From Squalus acanthias (taxonomy: Eukaryota): a stretch of 64,000 nt of DNA. A program made the position numbers and the translations under genes. Location of the stretch: NCBI GenBank assembly GCA_030390025.1, contig CM059431.1:148244001-148308000 (forward strand), written 5' to 3'. The stretch's first letter is position 1. The number at the start of each line of letters is the position of its first letter. Positions 1-12,764 of this stretch are shown here, piece by piece. The notes beneath the pieces are model-generated. The model saw only the letters and a program-made list of their open reading frames with translations. It made no database searches and was not told the DNA's origin.

Positions 1-200
1 GGTAGTGGAAATTTGCAAGTTTCGCCCCCTAAAAAGTTGTTGAAGCTGGGGCTCAATTGAAAATGTCAAAACTTAGATTGTTAGATTTATGTTCGGCATG
101 TTATTAAGGGTTATAGAGTTAATATACAGATCAGCCATGATGTAATTGAATTGGGAACTGTCTGGAGGGGCTGAATGGCCTTCTCCTGTTTCTGTAAATG
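1..200 (+). mobile_element. CR1-type LINE 3' end fragment
   Basis: Degenerate end of ORF2 and 3' UTR (cagccatgat...gctgaatggccttctcctgtttc) resembling the other CR1 3' ends in the window. Confidence 0.75.
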
Positions 201-809
201 TAGACAACTACTTAACATCAGAGGAGGAAGGCAAACAATCCCATCACTGCGCATCACCCACACACCATCTTCTCTGGGTGGTATCCACATGGAAACCTCT
301 TATTGTATTCAAGCACATCAAGTGATTGCAACCTCAGTGAAGCCCAAGGGTTTTGCCAAACACTGTTTCATCAAAGTGAGGCCCCTTTAAGGGAACGGGT
401 CAAACCGTGAGTTCAAAGAGCAAGCCTCACCGTCACACTGCGCATCACAGTGAGATCAGACGTCACAATCAGGTTGTAAACTGGGCAGTTTGAGGCAGGA
501 GGCTGCACAACCAGTTTAAGTGAAGGGAAGGGAACGGCACTAACTGTGACTAACTGGCTGATCTATCTAGGAGTGATTGTGGTCAGTTGAATATCGAAAC
601 CGGTTTACTTTGTGAAGGGTCTGTTAACAATGGAAATATCGCTAGCCAGCTGGCACTCAGAAGGTTGTTGCTGTAGCAGGTTTGTTTCGACCTGTAGTTC
701 CAGCGACATCATTCCCTGTGGAGGATCAGAGTGATTAACTTTAAATCCGCTGTAGTGACCGTGCAGATATAATGGCATAAGACCTGGAAACTTAACTGAC
801 GAGGGTCAG

Positions 810-3698
810 AGCATGTGTGGGCAGGGTGTGGGAGAGTGGGAGGAGCTGAGTGTGGGGAAAAAGTGGGTGGGGCTGGGTGGGGGAGAGTGGGAGGGGCGGG
901 GAGCGTGGGAGGGGATGATGGGCTTTGAGTGGAAGGGGCAGGTTGGTGTTAAGTGGGAGGGTCTAGGTGAGGGAGAGTGGGAGAGCCTGGGTGGGGAGAT
1001 TGGGGGAGTTTGGGTAGGGTTAGACTGGGGGGGCTGGGTGGGGGCAGAGTGGGATGGGTTAGGTGTAGGGAGAGTGTGACGGGCGAGGTGGATTAGAGTG
1101 GGAGGGACTTTGTGGGGAAGAGTGGGAGGGTTTGTGTGTGGTGGGAGGTCCTGGTTTGGGGAAGATTGGGAGGGGCTGTTTGGGGAAGAGTGGGAGCGGC
1201 TGGGTGGGGAAGCGTGGGAGAGGATGGGTGGGGTTAGAGTGGAAGGGCCTGCTGGTGCAGAATTGGGAGGGGCTGCGTGGGGTTAGATTGGAAGGTATTG
1301 TGTGGGGATGGAGTGGGAGGGGCTGGGTGGGGGTGAAGTGGGGGGCTGCGTGTGGGAGAGTGGGAAGGGCTGGGTGGTGAGAGTGGGAGGGGCTGGGTGT
1401 GGGGAGAGTGGGAAGGGCTGGGTGCTGAGAGTGGGAGTGGCTGGGTTTGGGGTTAAATTACGAGGGGCTGGGTATGGGGAGAGTGAGAGAGGCTAGTTGG
1501 TGTTAGAGTGGTATGTGATCGGTGGGGTAGAGTGGGAGGTGCTGTGTGGGAGGAGAGTGTTGTTGGATGGGTGGGGGCAGAATTGGAGGGGCAGGGTAAG
1601 TTCAGAATCGGAGGGGCTGGGTGGTGTTAGAGTGGTATAGGATGAGTGGGGGAGAGTGGGAGGTGCTGCGTGGGGGAGAGTGGGATGGGATGTGTGGGGG
1701 AGAGTGGAAGGGTCTGGGTCAAGGGAGAGTGGGAGGGGCTGGTTGGGGTAGAGTCTGAGGGTTGGGTGCGGGGAGTGTACGAAGAGCTGGGTGGGATTGA
1801 GTGGGAGGGGCTGGGTTTGGTTATGGTAGGAGGGATGGGTGGGATTAGAGTGAGAGCGGCAGCGTGTGGTTAGAGAGGGAGGTGCTGGGTGGGCTAGGAG
1901 TGGGAGGTCCTGGGTGGAGTTAGAGTGGGAGGGGCAACGTGTGTTTCTAGTGATAGGTTCTGTGCGGGTTTGGTGCGAGAGAGGCTGTTTGGTGTTGCAG
2001 TGGGTGGGGTTGGGTGAGGTTGGAGTTTGAGTGGCTGGGTAGGAAGGGTGGGGGCGCTGGGTTGGGTAGAGTGGTAGGGACTGGGTGAGGTAGGAGTGCG
2101 TGGGGCTGTGTGGGGTTGGAGTGGGTGGGTACTGTTGGGGTTAGAGTAGAAGGGGCTGAGTGATGTTGGAGTTGAAGGGGATGGTTGAGAAAGAGTGTGA
2201 GGGGCTGGATAGGGTTAGATTTGCAGGGTCTGTGTGGGTTTGGAGTGGGAGGGGCTTGGTGGGGTTAGAGTGGCAGGGGCTGGGTGTAGGAGAGTGGGTA
2301 GGACAGGATGTGTGAGGCTGGGAGGGTTTGCGTGTGTTTGGAGTGGGAGGGAATGGTTGAGAAAGAGTGGGAGGGGCAGGGTTGGGTTATATTGGCAGGG
2401 TCTGTGTGTGGTTGGAGTGGGAGGGGCTGGGTGTGGTTAGAGTGGCAGTGGCTGGGTGTAGTAGAGTGGGTAGGACAGAATGTTTGAGGCTGGGAGTGTT
2501 TGGTTGGGGTTGCAGTAAGCGGGACTGGGTGGATTTAGAGTGGCAGGTGTTAGGTGGGGGCGATTGGGAGGCGCTGGTCGTGTTAGAATGGGAGGGGCTG
2601 GTGGATTTAGACTGCAAGGGGCTTGGTGGGGAGCGTGGGAGAGGTTTGCTAGGGAAGAATGGGAGTGTTGGGTGGGGGAGAGTTGGGGGGCTGGGTGGTG
2701 TTAGAGTGGCAGGTGCTTTGTGGTAGATAGCGTGTGGGACAGGACGGGGAGGTTGGGAGGGTTGGGTGGGTTTGGAGTGGGAGGGGCTTGGTGGGGGAGA
2801 GTGGGAGGGGTTGGGTGAGGGAAGTGAGGGAGTGTCTGGGTGGGGGAAATTGGGAGGGGCAGTGTAGAGGAGAGTGGGATGTGCTGGGGTGAGATTGGAA
2901 GGGGCTGGGTGGGGTTGGAGTAGGAGGGGCTGGGTGGAGTTAGATTAGATGGGTTGGGTGGGAAAGAGTGGGATGGTTTGGATAAGTAGAGTGGGTTGGG
3001 CAAGGATGGGTTTTAATGGGTATGACTGGGCGTGGTTGAAGTGGGCTGATTGGTGTTAGAGTGGGAAGGGCTGGTTGGAATAGATTGTGAGGGTCTGCGT
3101 CGTGTTGGAGTGGGAGGGGCTATGAGGGGGAAAGAGTGAGGGGCTAGGTGGGGGAGAGTGGTCGGAGCTGGCTGGGGGAACAATGTGAGGTGTTGGGTTT
3201 GAGTAGAGTGGGAGGGACTTGGTGGGGGAAGAGTTGGAGAGGCTGGGTGAAAGGAGAGTGGGAGTGTTTTTGTGGGGGAGAGTGGGAGGGGCTGTGAGGG
3301 GCTGAGCGATAGGTTCTGGGTGGGTTTAGAGTGGCAGGGGCTTGATGGGGGAGAGTGGGAGTGATTGGATGGGGCAGAGTGGGAGGGACAGGGTGGGGGA
3401 GAGTGGGAGTTACTGGGTGGGGGAGCGTGGGAGGGTCTAGCTGGGGGAAGAGTGGGTGAGGCTGGGTGGGGTTGGAGTGGGATGGGCTGGTTGGGTTTAT
3501 AGTGGGTGGTGCTGGGCAGAGAAGTGTGGGAGATGCTGGGTGAAGGAGAGTGGCAGGGGTTGGCTAGGAGCTGGTGAGTGTGGAGGGCAGGGTGGGGGAG
3601 GGTGGGCGTGGCAGGGAGGGAGGAGATTCCGAGGATTTGGATGGGGAGATGGGAGGGGCAGGGTGAGGGACTGGGATGGGGCTAGAATGGGAGGGGTT
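810..3698. repeat. G-rich degenerate minisatellite, ~25-bp unit GGGGTTAGAGTGGGAGGGGCTGGGT
   Basis: Recurrent agagtgggaggggctgggtgggg; inverted counterpart at 43258-44420. Confidence 0.9.
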
Positions 3699-6600
3699 GC
3701 AGTGGTGACTAATCTGAGTCACAAACAGTATAAATACAGGGGCCTGTGAGTGCAGCCAGCACTGAGTGCAGCCAGCACTGAGTGCAGCCAGCACTGAGTG
3801 CAGCAGCACAGAGTGAACAACTGCGAGTTTGGAAAGTGTGGGAGCTTTAAGGGTGATTCTCTTTTAAAATCTAATGTTAATTGCTACTAGCTGTTGAGTA
3901 AGATAAACTGTCTAATTTAAAATTTAAACTTTATTTTTTAAGTTTCTTCAGGCTTAAGCAGAGATTAAAAAAAAGCAAGATCTCCTGCTGGAGAGCTGCT
4001 GTAGTCAGTTAATTAATGGGACTAAAAGTCAATAAATCCCAAGGACCGGACAACCTACATCCTTGGGTTTTGAAAGAGGTGGCTATTGGAATGGTGGACG
4101 CATTGATTGTCATCTTCCAGAATTCTATAGATTCTGGAACTGTTCCTGCAGATTGGAGGATAGCAAATGTAACCGCGCTATTTAAGAAAGGAGGGAGAGA
4201 GAAAACGGGGATCGACAGACCTGTTAGCCTCACATCAGTAGTTGCGAAAATGCTGGAATCTATTAGAAACGATGCAATAACTGGGCACTTAGAAACTAAT
4301 AGTAAGATTGGCAGAGTCAACACGGATTTATGAAAGGGAAATCCTGTTTGACAAACCTATTGGAGTTCTTTGAAGATGTAACTTGTGGAGTAGACAAAGA
4401 GGTACAGGTAGATGTGGTGTCTCTGGATTTTCAGAAGGCCTTCGATAAGTTCCCAAAGAAAAGGTTGGTGAACAAAATTAGGGCATATGGAATTGGGGGT
4501 AATATACTAGCATGGATTGAGAATTGAATAACAGACAGAAACAAAAAGTAGGGTTAAATCGATCTTTTTCTGGATGGCAGGCTATGACTAGTGGGCTACC
4601 GCAAGGATCGGTGCTTGGGTCCCAGCTATTCACAATCTATATCAATGATTTGGATGAGGGGACTAAATGCAACATTTCCAAATTTGCTGATGATACAAAG
4701 CGAGGTGGCAGTGTCAGATGCGAAGAGGATGTGAAGAAGCTTCAAGGGGAATCTCGACAGGCTCAGTGAGAGGGCGAGAACATGGCAGATGGAATATAAT
4801 GTGGATAAATGTGAAGTTATCCACTTTGGTAGAAAAAGCAGAAAGGCAGAGTATTTCCTAAATGGTGAAAGATTAGGGAATGCAGATGCTCAAAGGGTCT
4901 TGGGTGCCCTTGTACATGAATCACTGAAAGTGAATGTGCAGGTGCAGCAAGCCATTAGGAAGGCAAATGGTATGCTGGCCTTCATTACAAGAGGATTTGA
5001 GTTCAAGTGTAAAGAAGTCTTACTTCAATTATAGAGGGCCTTGGTGGGACCACACCTGGAGTAATTGTACAATTTTGTTCTCCTTACCTAACGAAGGATA
5101 TACTTGCCTTAGATGGAGTTCAATAAAGGTTAACGAGGTTGATTCCTGGGATGGTGGGACTGTCGTATGCGAAGAAATTATGTGAACTAGGCCTGTATTT
5201 TCTTGAATTCCGAAGAATGAGAGGGGTTCTCATTGAAGCATACAAAATTAGTACAGGGCTTGATAGCATGGGTGCTGGGAGAATGTTTCCCTTAACTGGG
5301 GAGCCTAGAACCAGGGGCCACAGCATCAAGATTAAAGATAGGCCATTCAGGACTGAGATGAGAAGAAATTTCTTCCCACAGAGGGTGGTGAATCTTTGGA
5401 ATTCTCTTCCCCAGAGGGCTGTGGAGGCTCATTTATTGGGTATATTCAAAACAGAAGTCGATAGATTTCTGACTAGTAAGGGCATCCAGGGAGATGGCGA
5501 TAGGGCCAGTCAATGGAGTTGGGGCTGAAGATCAGTCATGATCTCATTGAATGGCGGAACAGGCTCGAAGCGCCGAATGGCCGACTCCTGCTCCTGTTTC
5601 TTATGTTCTTATGTTAATTAGCTAACTGGAATAAACTGTTTCCTGAAACAGCAGCAGATCAGTGGTGACGCATCTGAGTCACAATCAGTATAAATATAGG
5701 GGCCTGTGAGTGCAGCTAACACTGAGTGCAGCAGCACAGAGTGAGCAACTGTGAATTTGGTAAGTGTGGGAGTTTTAAGGATTCGTCTCTTTTAAAATCT
5801 AATGTTGATAGCTAATAGCTCTTAAGTAAGATCAACTGTCTGAGTTAAAATTTAAGCTTTAACTTTTTTAAGTTTCTTCAGGCTTAAGCAGAGACAAACA
5901 AGCAAGATCTCCTGCTGGAGAGCTGCTGTAGTTAGTTAATTAGCTACCTGGATTAAATTGGTTCCTGAAGCAGTAGCAGAGCAGTGGTGACTCATCTGAG
6001 TCACAAACAGTTTAAATACAGGGGCCTGTGAGTGCAGCCAGCCCTGAGTGAACAAGTGGGAGTTTAGTAAGTGTGGGAGTTCGGTGCAGTGGGGGAAGGA
6101 GGCTCATGCTTTTCTCAAATTTTCCTGCAGAGCGGTGGCGGACCTGAGAAGGAGCACACCGAGGCCCAAGTGCGGGGATAAAAGCAGCAACAGACCAGCA
6201 TCAACAAGAGAAAATGGCAGTGTGACGTTACAGGTAAGGCAGGTAAGCAATTGGTCGTGACTGTGTGCTAAGTTTTAAGTTAACATATAACATATAACAA
6301 CATTTTAAAAACTAAGCATAATTTAATTAATTTCATAAACTAAACGTGGTTATTAATGTGATGAATATTAAACTAATTAATTGAACAAATAAAATAACGG
6401 GAGAACAGGAGATGTGTTGCTGCTGCAATATGTGGGAGTTTGTGGACATTTTTGTCCAGGGCGACTACATCTCCGGTAAGTGTCTGCGGTTCGAGGAACT
6501 TCGGCTCCGAGTTGAGGAGCTGGAGTCCGAGCTGCAGACACTGCGAGATATCAGGGAGTTAGAAAGTTAACTGGACCTTTTTCTGCAGGAGGCAGCTACA

Positions 6601-8577
6601 CCCTTTAGATTACATACTTTAGAATTGACACGTGGTTAGGACCGGAGGGTGTGACTGTGAGTGAGGCAGGTACGGGGATCCAGGAGGTAGTATTGCAGGA
6701 GCCTCAGTCCCTACACTTGTCCAATATTTTGAGGTTCTTGCAACCCTTGTGGAGCAGTGTGGCGACTGTGGGGAGGACAAGCAAACTGACCACGGCACCG
6801 TGGAACAGGAAGACGTTCAAGTGGGGGGAGGGAAAAGGAAGGTGGTTGTAGTAGGTGACAAAATAGTTAGGGGGATAGACACTGTTCTCTGCAGCCAGGA
6901 GCGTGAGTCCCGAAGGCTGTGTTGCCTACCCGGTGCCAGGGTAAAGGACATCTCCTCTGGGCTGGAGAAGAACTTGGAATGGGACGGGGAGGATCCAGTT
7001 GTCGTGGTCCACGTAGGTACCAACTATATAGGTAGGACAAACAAAGTGCTTCTGCTGAGAGACTTTGAGAAGCTAGAGATAAATTAAAAAGCAGAACCAC
7101 AAAAGGCATAATCTCTGGATTATTACCGGAGCCACGAGTAAATTGGTATAAGGTCAATAGGATCAGGGAGATAAATGCGTGGCTCAAAGATTGGTGTGGG
7201 AGAAGTAGGTTTCGATTCATGGGGCACTGGCACCAGTACCGGGGAAAGAAAGAGCTGTTCCATTGGGACGGACTACACCTGAACCATGCTGGGACCAGAG
7301 ATCTAGCGAATCGAATAACTAGGGAGGTAGATAGGGCTTTAAACTAAATAAGGGGTGGGGGGAGGGTCCCGGTGGAGAGAAATCTAGAATGCTAAAGAGA
7401 AAAGACAAGGAAGCAGTGCAGGAAAGTGATTAGCGTAAGGGTATCCATGTTGTGTCAGGAAGGGACAGAGCGTACAAACAAAGGAAATCACTAACAAATA
7501 GGGTCCGGGTAAGAAAAAATGGTAATAAGACAAATAGGGCCAGAGTACAAAAAATGTTAAGATGTCTAAAAATGTTAAAAGACAAATCTAAAGGCACTGT
7601 ATCTGAATGCACGAAGCATTCGTAATAAGGTAAACGAATTAACAGCACAAAGAGATGTAAACGGACACGATATAATTGCGATTATGGAGACATGGCTGCA
7701 GGGTAACCAAGGCTGGGAGCTGAATATCCAAAGATATTCGATATTTAGGAAGGACAGGCAAAAAGGAAAAGGAGATGGGATGGCCTTGTTAGTAAAGGAT
7801 GAAATCAGAGCAATAGTGAGAAAGGATGTTGGCTCAGAAAATGAAGATGTAGAATCAGTCTTGGTGGAGGATAGAACACCAAGGGGCAGAAAACGTTGGT
7901 GGGAGATGTCTATAGGACTCCAAACAGTAGTGGTAATGTAGGGGATGGCAACAAACAGGAAATTAGAGATGCATGTAACAAGGGTAACTTTATTCTACAT
8001 ATTGACTGGCCAAACCTAATTAGCAATAATATTGTGGAGGATTAATTCCTGGAGTTGGTACGAGATTTTTTTAGACCAGTATGTTGAGGAGCCAACTAAG
8101 GAGCAGGCTATCCTAGATTGGGTATTGTGCAATAAGAAGGGGTTAATGAATAATCTTGTTGTGCGGGGTCCTTTAGGGAAGAGTGACCATAACATGATAG
8201 AATTCTTCATTAAAATTGAAACAGAAGAAGTCCAATTCGAAACTTGGGTCCTAAATCTAAACAAAGGAAACTACGAAGGTATGAGGAGTGAGTTGGCTTT
8301 GATAGATTGTGGAGCTTCATTAAAATGCATGATGGTATATAGGAAATGGCTAACATTTAAGGAACAAATGCATGAATTGCAACAGTTATACATTCCTTTC
8401 TGGCACAAAAACACAAAAGGAAAATCGGCCCAACAATGGCTGACAAAATAAATTAAGGATAGTATTTGATCAAAAGAGGATTCATATAAAATTGTGAGAA
8501 AAGTAGCAAGCATGGGAATTGGGAGCAGTTTGGAGCTCCGCAAAAAAGGTCCAAGAGATTGATTAAGAGGGGAAACT
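3699..8577 (+). mobile_element. Degenerate CR1 LINE: 5' UTR with ~322-bp monomers, ORF1 (Cys finger plus SGNH esterase, ~6410-7347), ORF2 endonuclease part, 3' truncated
   Basis: ORF1 motifs CCNMWE, CCLPGARVKDI, VVHVGTN, ending RALN*; ORF2 motifs ETWL and SDHNM; many stops and frameshifts. Confidence 0.88.
4016..5612 (+). mobile_element. 5'-truncated CR1 LINE (RT to 3' tail) inserted in the 5' UTR monomer of the 3699-8577 element
   Basis: QGSVLG and FADDTK motifs, (TTCTTATG)n tail, flanking direct repeat GTTAATTA at 4008-4015 and 5613-5620. Confidence 0.92.
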
Positions 8578-9692
8578 GGGATCGGGTCCCAGTGGATTAC
8601 ATTCATGGGGTCGGATCCCAATGGATTAAAGGAATGGGATCCGATCCCAGTGAGTTAACGGAATAGGATCTGCTCCAAGAGAATTTAAAGGAATAGGATG
8701 AGGTCCGAGTGAATTAAAGGAATTGGATAATATCCCAGTGAATTAAATTATTGAATCGGATCCCAGTGAATTAAAGTAATTGGTCGAATTCCAGTGAATG
8801 AGAGGAATGGGATCGGATCACAGTTAATTGAAGGATAGGGATCGGATCCCTGTGATTTAAAGGAATTGAATCGGATCCCAATGATTTTAAGGAATGTGGT
8901 CGGATCCCAGTGAATTCAAGAATTGAATAAAATAACAGCGAATTAATGGAATGCGGTCAGAACCCAGAGGATTAAAGGACTGGAGTCGGACCAAAGGGAT
9001 TAAAGGAATGGGTTCGGATTCCAATGAATTAAAGGAATGGTATCGGATCCTGTAGAATTACAAGAATATGGTCGGATCTCAGTGAGTTAAAGGAATGGGA
9101 TCGATCTCAGTTAATTATAGGAATGGGATCAGATCCCAGTTAACTAAAGGAATGCAATCAGATCCCAGTGAATTAAAGGAATGGAATCATATCCCAGTGA
9201 ATTAAACGAATGGGATCAGATCCCAGTGAATTAAAGGTGTGATGGGATCCGGAGAATTAAAGGAATGTGATCATTTCCCAGTGGATTAAAGGAAGGGGAT
9301 CGTATCCCAGAGAATTAAAGGATTGGCATCGGATCCTAGAGGATTAAAGGAATTGGATCGGATCCCAAGGATTAAAGGAATGGGTTCGGATCCCAGTACA
9401 TTAAAGGAATTGCAGCGAATCCCTGAAAATTAAAGGAATGTGATCGGATCCCAGTGGATTAAATTCATAGGGTTGGATCCCAATGGATTGAAGGAATGGG
9501 ATGGGATCGCAGTGAATTTAAACGAATGGGATGAGGTCCCAGTGAATAAAAGGAATTGGATATCATCCCAGTGAATTAATGTAATGAGATCAGATCCCAA
9601 TGTATTAAAGAAATTGGATCGAATCACAGTGAATTAAAGGATAAGGGCCGTTCACAGTGAATTAAAACAATTGGATCGAATCGCAGTGAATT
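8578..9692. repeat. ~29-bp minisatellite (GGATCGGATCCCAGTGAATTAAAGGAATG)
   Basis: Dozens of diverged tandem units. Confidence 0.92.
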
Positions 9693-9757
9693 GCTGTACC
9701 CTGGATTATGAGTACAATAACATGACCCCTACACTATGCAGGAAACAGTAACACATA

Positions 9758-9960
9758 TGACCAGATCATCTATTTCTTTTAGTGATGTTGATTGCGGGAG
9801 ACATATTGAGCCCAATGACACCGGGAAGAACTTCCCTGCTCCTCTTGCAATAGTGGCCGTCGGATTTTATGTCTAAGTAAGAGGGCACAGAGGGGCCTCG
9901 GTTTAACATCTCAGCTGAAAGACAGCCCCTCCGACATTGCAGCGCCCCCTCAATACTGCC
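9758..9960 (-). mobile_element. Deu-domain SINE fragment (DeuSINE/SacSINE1-like)
   Basis: Reverse complement resembles the Deu core as I recall it (gtcttt...gatgttaaaccgaggcc...gttcttcccggtgtc...caacatcactaaa...atctggtc). Confidence 0.65.
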
Positions 9961-10330
9961 CCTCTGACGGTGCGGCGCTCCCTCAGTACTGCCCCTCCGG
10001 CAGTGCTACGCACCCTCAGTACTGCCCCTCCGATTGTGCAGCGCTCCCTCATTACTGCCCCTCTGACAGGGCTGCGCTCCTTCAGTTCTGACCCTCCGAC
10101 AGTGCAGCACTACATCAGTACTCCCCCTCCGACAGAGCAGCGCTCCTTCAGTACTGCCCCTCTGAGAGTTCATTGTGCCCTCAGTACTTCCTTTCTGACA
10201 GTGGAGCGCTCCCTCAGTACTGCACCTTCGAAAGTGCAGCACTCCCTCTGTACTGCCCCTCCAACATTGCAGCGCTCCCTCAGTACTGACCCTCCGACAG
10301 TGCAGCGCTCCCTCAGTACCGCCCCTACGG
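9926..10330. repeat. 33-bp tandem repeat (CCCCTCCGACAGTGCAGCGCTCCCTCAGTACTG) expanded from the SINE
   Basis: About 12 units; 11-aa periodicity in ORF 9937-10341. Confidence 0.9.
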
Positions 10331-10457
10331 GAAGCGAATGAGGGAAAAGGCCAATTTCAGAAGTGAAACGTGGTTGATGGGGAAACGAGGAGTTTTGTTT
10401 TTTTGTTGATGTCTGTATTTCTCAAACTCGGCAAGTTCTCCCCTCTGACCCCCGCAG

Positions 10458-10558
10458 TTATTGGGAATGATTTCACATGCGGACTCTCGGGAGGGGAGCG
10501 AAAGAGAGCCAATATCGCCTGTGAATTTCTGTCAGACCCTGCGGTGTTGCTGCTGGAC
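10458..10558 (+). pseudogene. ABCG half-transporter exon (ABC signature and Walker B)
   Basis: cccgcag acceptor and gtaagt donor; IGNDFTCGLSGGERKRANIACEFLSDPAVLLLD. Confidence 0.92.
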
Positions 10559-10569
10559 GTAAGTCAGTC

Positions 10570-11450
10570 ACCTCCCCCTGTCCCTCCTCGACCTCTCTCC
10601 TCCCCACTCCCTGCTCCTGCTGTCCCTCCCCCGGCCCCTGTCCCTCCTCTACCTCTCTCCTCCCCACTCCCTGCTCCTGCTGTCCCTCCCCCGGCCCCTG
10701 TCCCTCCTCTACCTCTCTCCTCCCCACTCCCTGCTCCTGCTAACCCTCCCCCTCACCCTGTCCCTCCTCGATCTCTCTCCTCCCCACTCCCTGCTCCTGC
10801 TGTCCCTCCCCCTCCCCCTGTACGTTCCTGATCCCCCTTCACCGTCCCCACTCCCGCTCCCCGTCCCCACTCCCCCTCCCCGCCTCCACTAACCCTCGCC
10901 CATCCCTCTCCCCCCGTCCCCACTCCCCCTCCCCCGACTCCACTCCCCTTCACCCCTCCCCCTCCCCCTCCCCTGTCATGGGTCCCCCTACCCCGTCCCC
11001 CTCCCTCTCTCCCTCCCCCCTCCCTCGCCCCTCCCCCTCTCCCCATCCCCTCTCCCCTCCTCCTCTCTCCTCCCCCTCCTCCTCCACCGTCCCCCTCCCG
11101 CTCTCCCCCACCCCAACCCCCTCCCTCTCTCCCCACCCACTCCCCCTCCCTCTCTCCTACACCCGAGTTCTCTGTCCCCACTCCCCCCCCACCGTCCCCC
11201 TACCTCTCTCCCCTCCCCTTCCCCTTCACTCTCCCCTCCCCCTCCCTCGCCCCTCCCCCTCTCCCCATCCCCTCTCCCCTCCTCGTCTCTCCTCCCCCTC
11301 CCCTTCACCGTCCCCCTCCCTCTCTCCCCACCCCCTCCCCTCCCTCTCTCCTACACCCCCGTTCACTGTTAACATCCCCCCCCTCCCATTGCTCCCCCTC
11401 CCTCTCTCCCCTCCCCCTCCCTCCCCCTGCTCCCCCTCTCCCTGCCTATC
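10570..11450. repeat. 60-bp tandem repeat (10575-10820) followed by C-rich low complexity, intronic
   Basis: cccctgtccctcctctacctctctcctccccactccctgctcctgc recurs every 60 bp. Confidence 0.85.
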
Positions 11451-11484
11451 CAGTGGGTGACGGTTTTGATATTTTGTTCCCCAG

Positions 11485-11645
11485 GAGCCGACCTCTGGGT
11501 TGGATTCGAGCACAGCCTACAGCCTGTGCCTTATGTTGAAACACTACGTGGAAAAGCATGGTAAGACTGTCGTAACCTCGATCACCAGCCCTCACCGCAC
11601 ATCTTCCTCATGTTCGACAAACTGTTGCTGATGAGCGACGGAGAG
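11485..11645 (+). pseudogene. ABCG exon (D-loop and H-loop) with a 1-bp deletion
   Basis: ccccag acceptor and gtacgt donor; EPTSGLDSSTAYSLCLMLKHYVEKHGKTVVTSI/(H)QPSPHIFLMFDKLLLMSDGE; 161 bp where 162 is needed, with a C missing near 11583. Confidence 0.9.
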
Positions 11646-11689
11646 GTACGTGTGTCCCATCCCCACTGCCAGCCCTTACACTGTCAACA

Positions 11690-12000
11690 CCTTCACACCC
11701 AGTGTCAGCATCGAGCGCTCACTTTATACCCAGTGTCGGCATTGAATGTTTACTTTATACCCAGTGTCAGCATCGAGTGCTCCCATGGCAGGGCAGGGCA
11801 GGTACAGCACGGGTTAGATACAGTGTAGAGCTCTCTCTACATTACCCTAACTGTGTGTCCCCACTTTATACCCAGTGTCAGCATCGAGCGCTCCCAGGGC
11901 AGGTCAGGTACAGCACGGGTTAGATACAGTGTAGAGCTCCCTCTACATTACCCTGACAGTGAGTCCCCCACTTTATACCCAGTGTCAGCATCGAGCGCTA
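11690..12000. repeat. Intronic tandem repeat (ctttatacccagtgtcagcatcgagcgctc...cagcacgggttagatacagtgtagagctc)
   Basis: Repeated units visible directly. Confidence 0.8.
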
Positions 12001-12008
12001 CCATGACC

Positions 12009-12460
12009 TAAGAACAGAAGAAATAGGAGCAGGAGTAGGCCTTTCAGCCCCTCAATCCTGCTCCGCCATTGAATAGGATCATGGTTGAACTTTTACTTCA
12101 AATCCACTTTCCGTCCTATCCCCTCATTCCTCGATTCGCTTAGTATCCAACAATCTATCGCTCTCAGTCTTGAATATACTCAACGACTGAGCCTCCACAG
12201 CCCTCTGGGGTAGAGAATTCCAAAGGTTTACAACCCTCTGAGTGAAGAAATTCCTCCTCTTCTCAGTCCTAAATGGCCGACCCCTTATCCTGGGTCGGTG
12301 ACCCCTAGTTCTAAACTCTCCAGCCAGGGGGGAATCAGCCTCTCAGCATCTACCCTGTCAAGCCCTCTCAGAATTGTACACGTTTCAATGAGATTTTTCT
12401 CAACTCCAGAGAATATACGCCAATTCTAAACAATCTCTCCTCATAGGACAACCCTCTCAG
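12009..12460 (-). mobile_element. CR1 LINE 3' fragment
   Basis: Reverse complement of the CR1 ORF2 C-terminus and 3' UTR. Confidence 0.85.
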
Positions 12461-12534
12461 TCTCGGGCACTGGTTAGATACAGTGAGGGTTCCAGTGGAA
12501 TTCCCAGTAATTTCTGAATCACTTTATTTTGTCG

Positions 12535-12628
12535 ATCGTGTACTATGGAGCCGCATCCAAAACCCTGGAATTTTTTGCTACTATCGGCCTCCATTGTGCC
12601 TCTCACTACAATCCTGCTGACTTTATCT
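12535..12628 (+). pseudogene. ABCG exon (NPADF motif) with non-canonical acceptor
   Basis: IVYYGAASKTLEFFATIGLHCASHYNPADFI; gtgagt donor; preceded by ttttgtCG instead of AG. Confidence 0.9.
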
Positions 12629-12764
12629 GTGAGTATCTCAATGTTCTAACTAGCCCTGAGATTGTACTAGATGCCCCGAGATCGAGTTGTACCTTCAACC
12701 TTCTCTACTTGACATCGAACGTTGTCCCTGGAATATCGAAGGTTAAGAGGTTGGTTTGATCAAT

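Noticed and set aside
810..3698. Telomeric or interstitial telomeric repeat
   Set aside because: Unit contains GGGGTTAGAG rather than tandem TTAGGG; G/W/E-rich ORFs here are spurious
8578..9692. CRISPR-like 29-bp repeats
   Set aside because: Head-to-tail degenerate minisatellite with no spacers and no cas genes
10370..10831. 153-aa ORF as a complete proline-rich protein
   Set aside because: Only 10458-10558 is an exon; the rest is intron read-through into a 60-bp repeat
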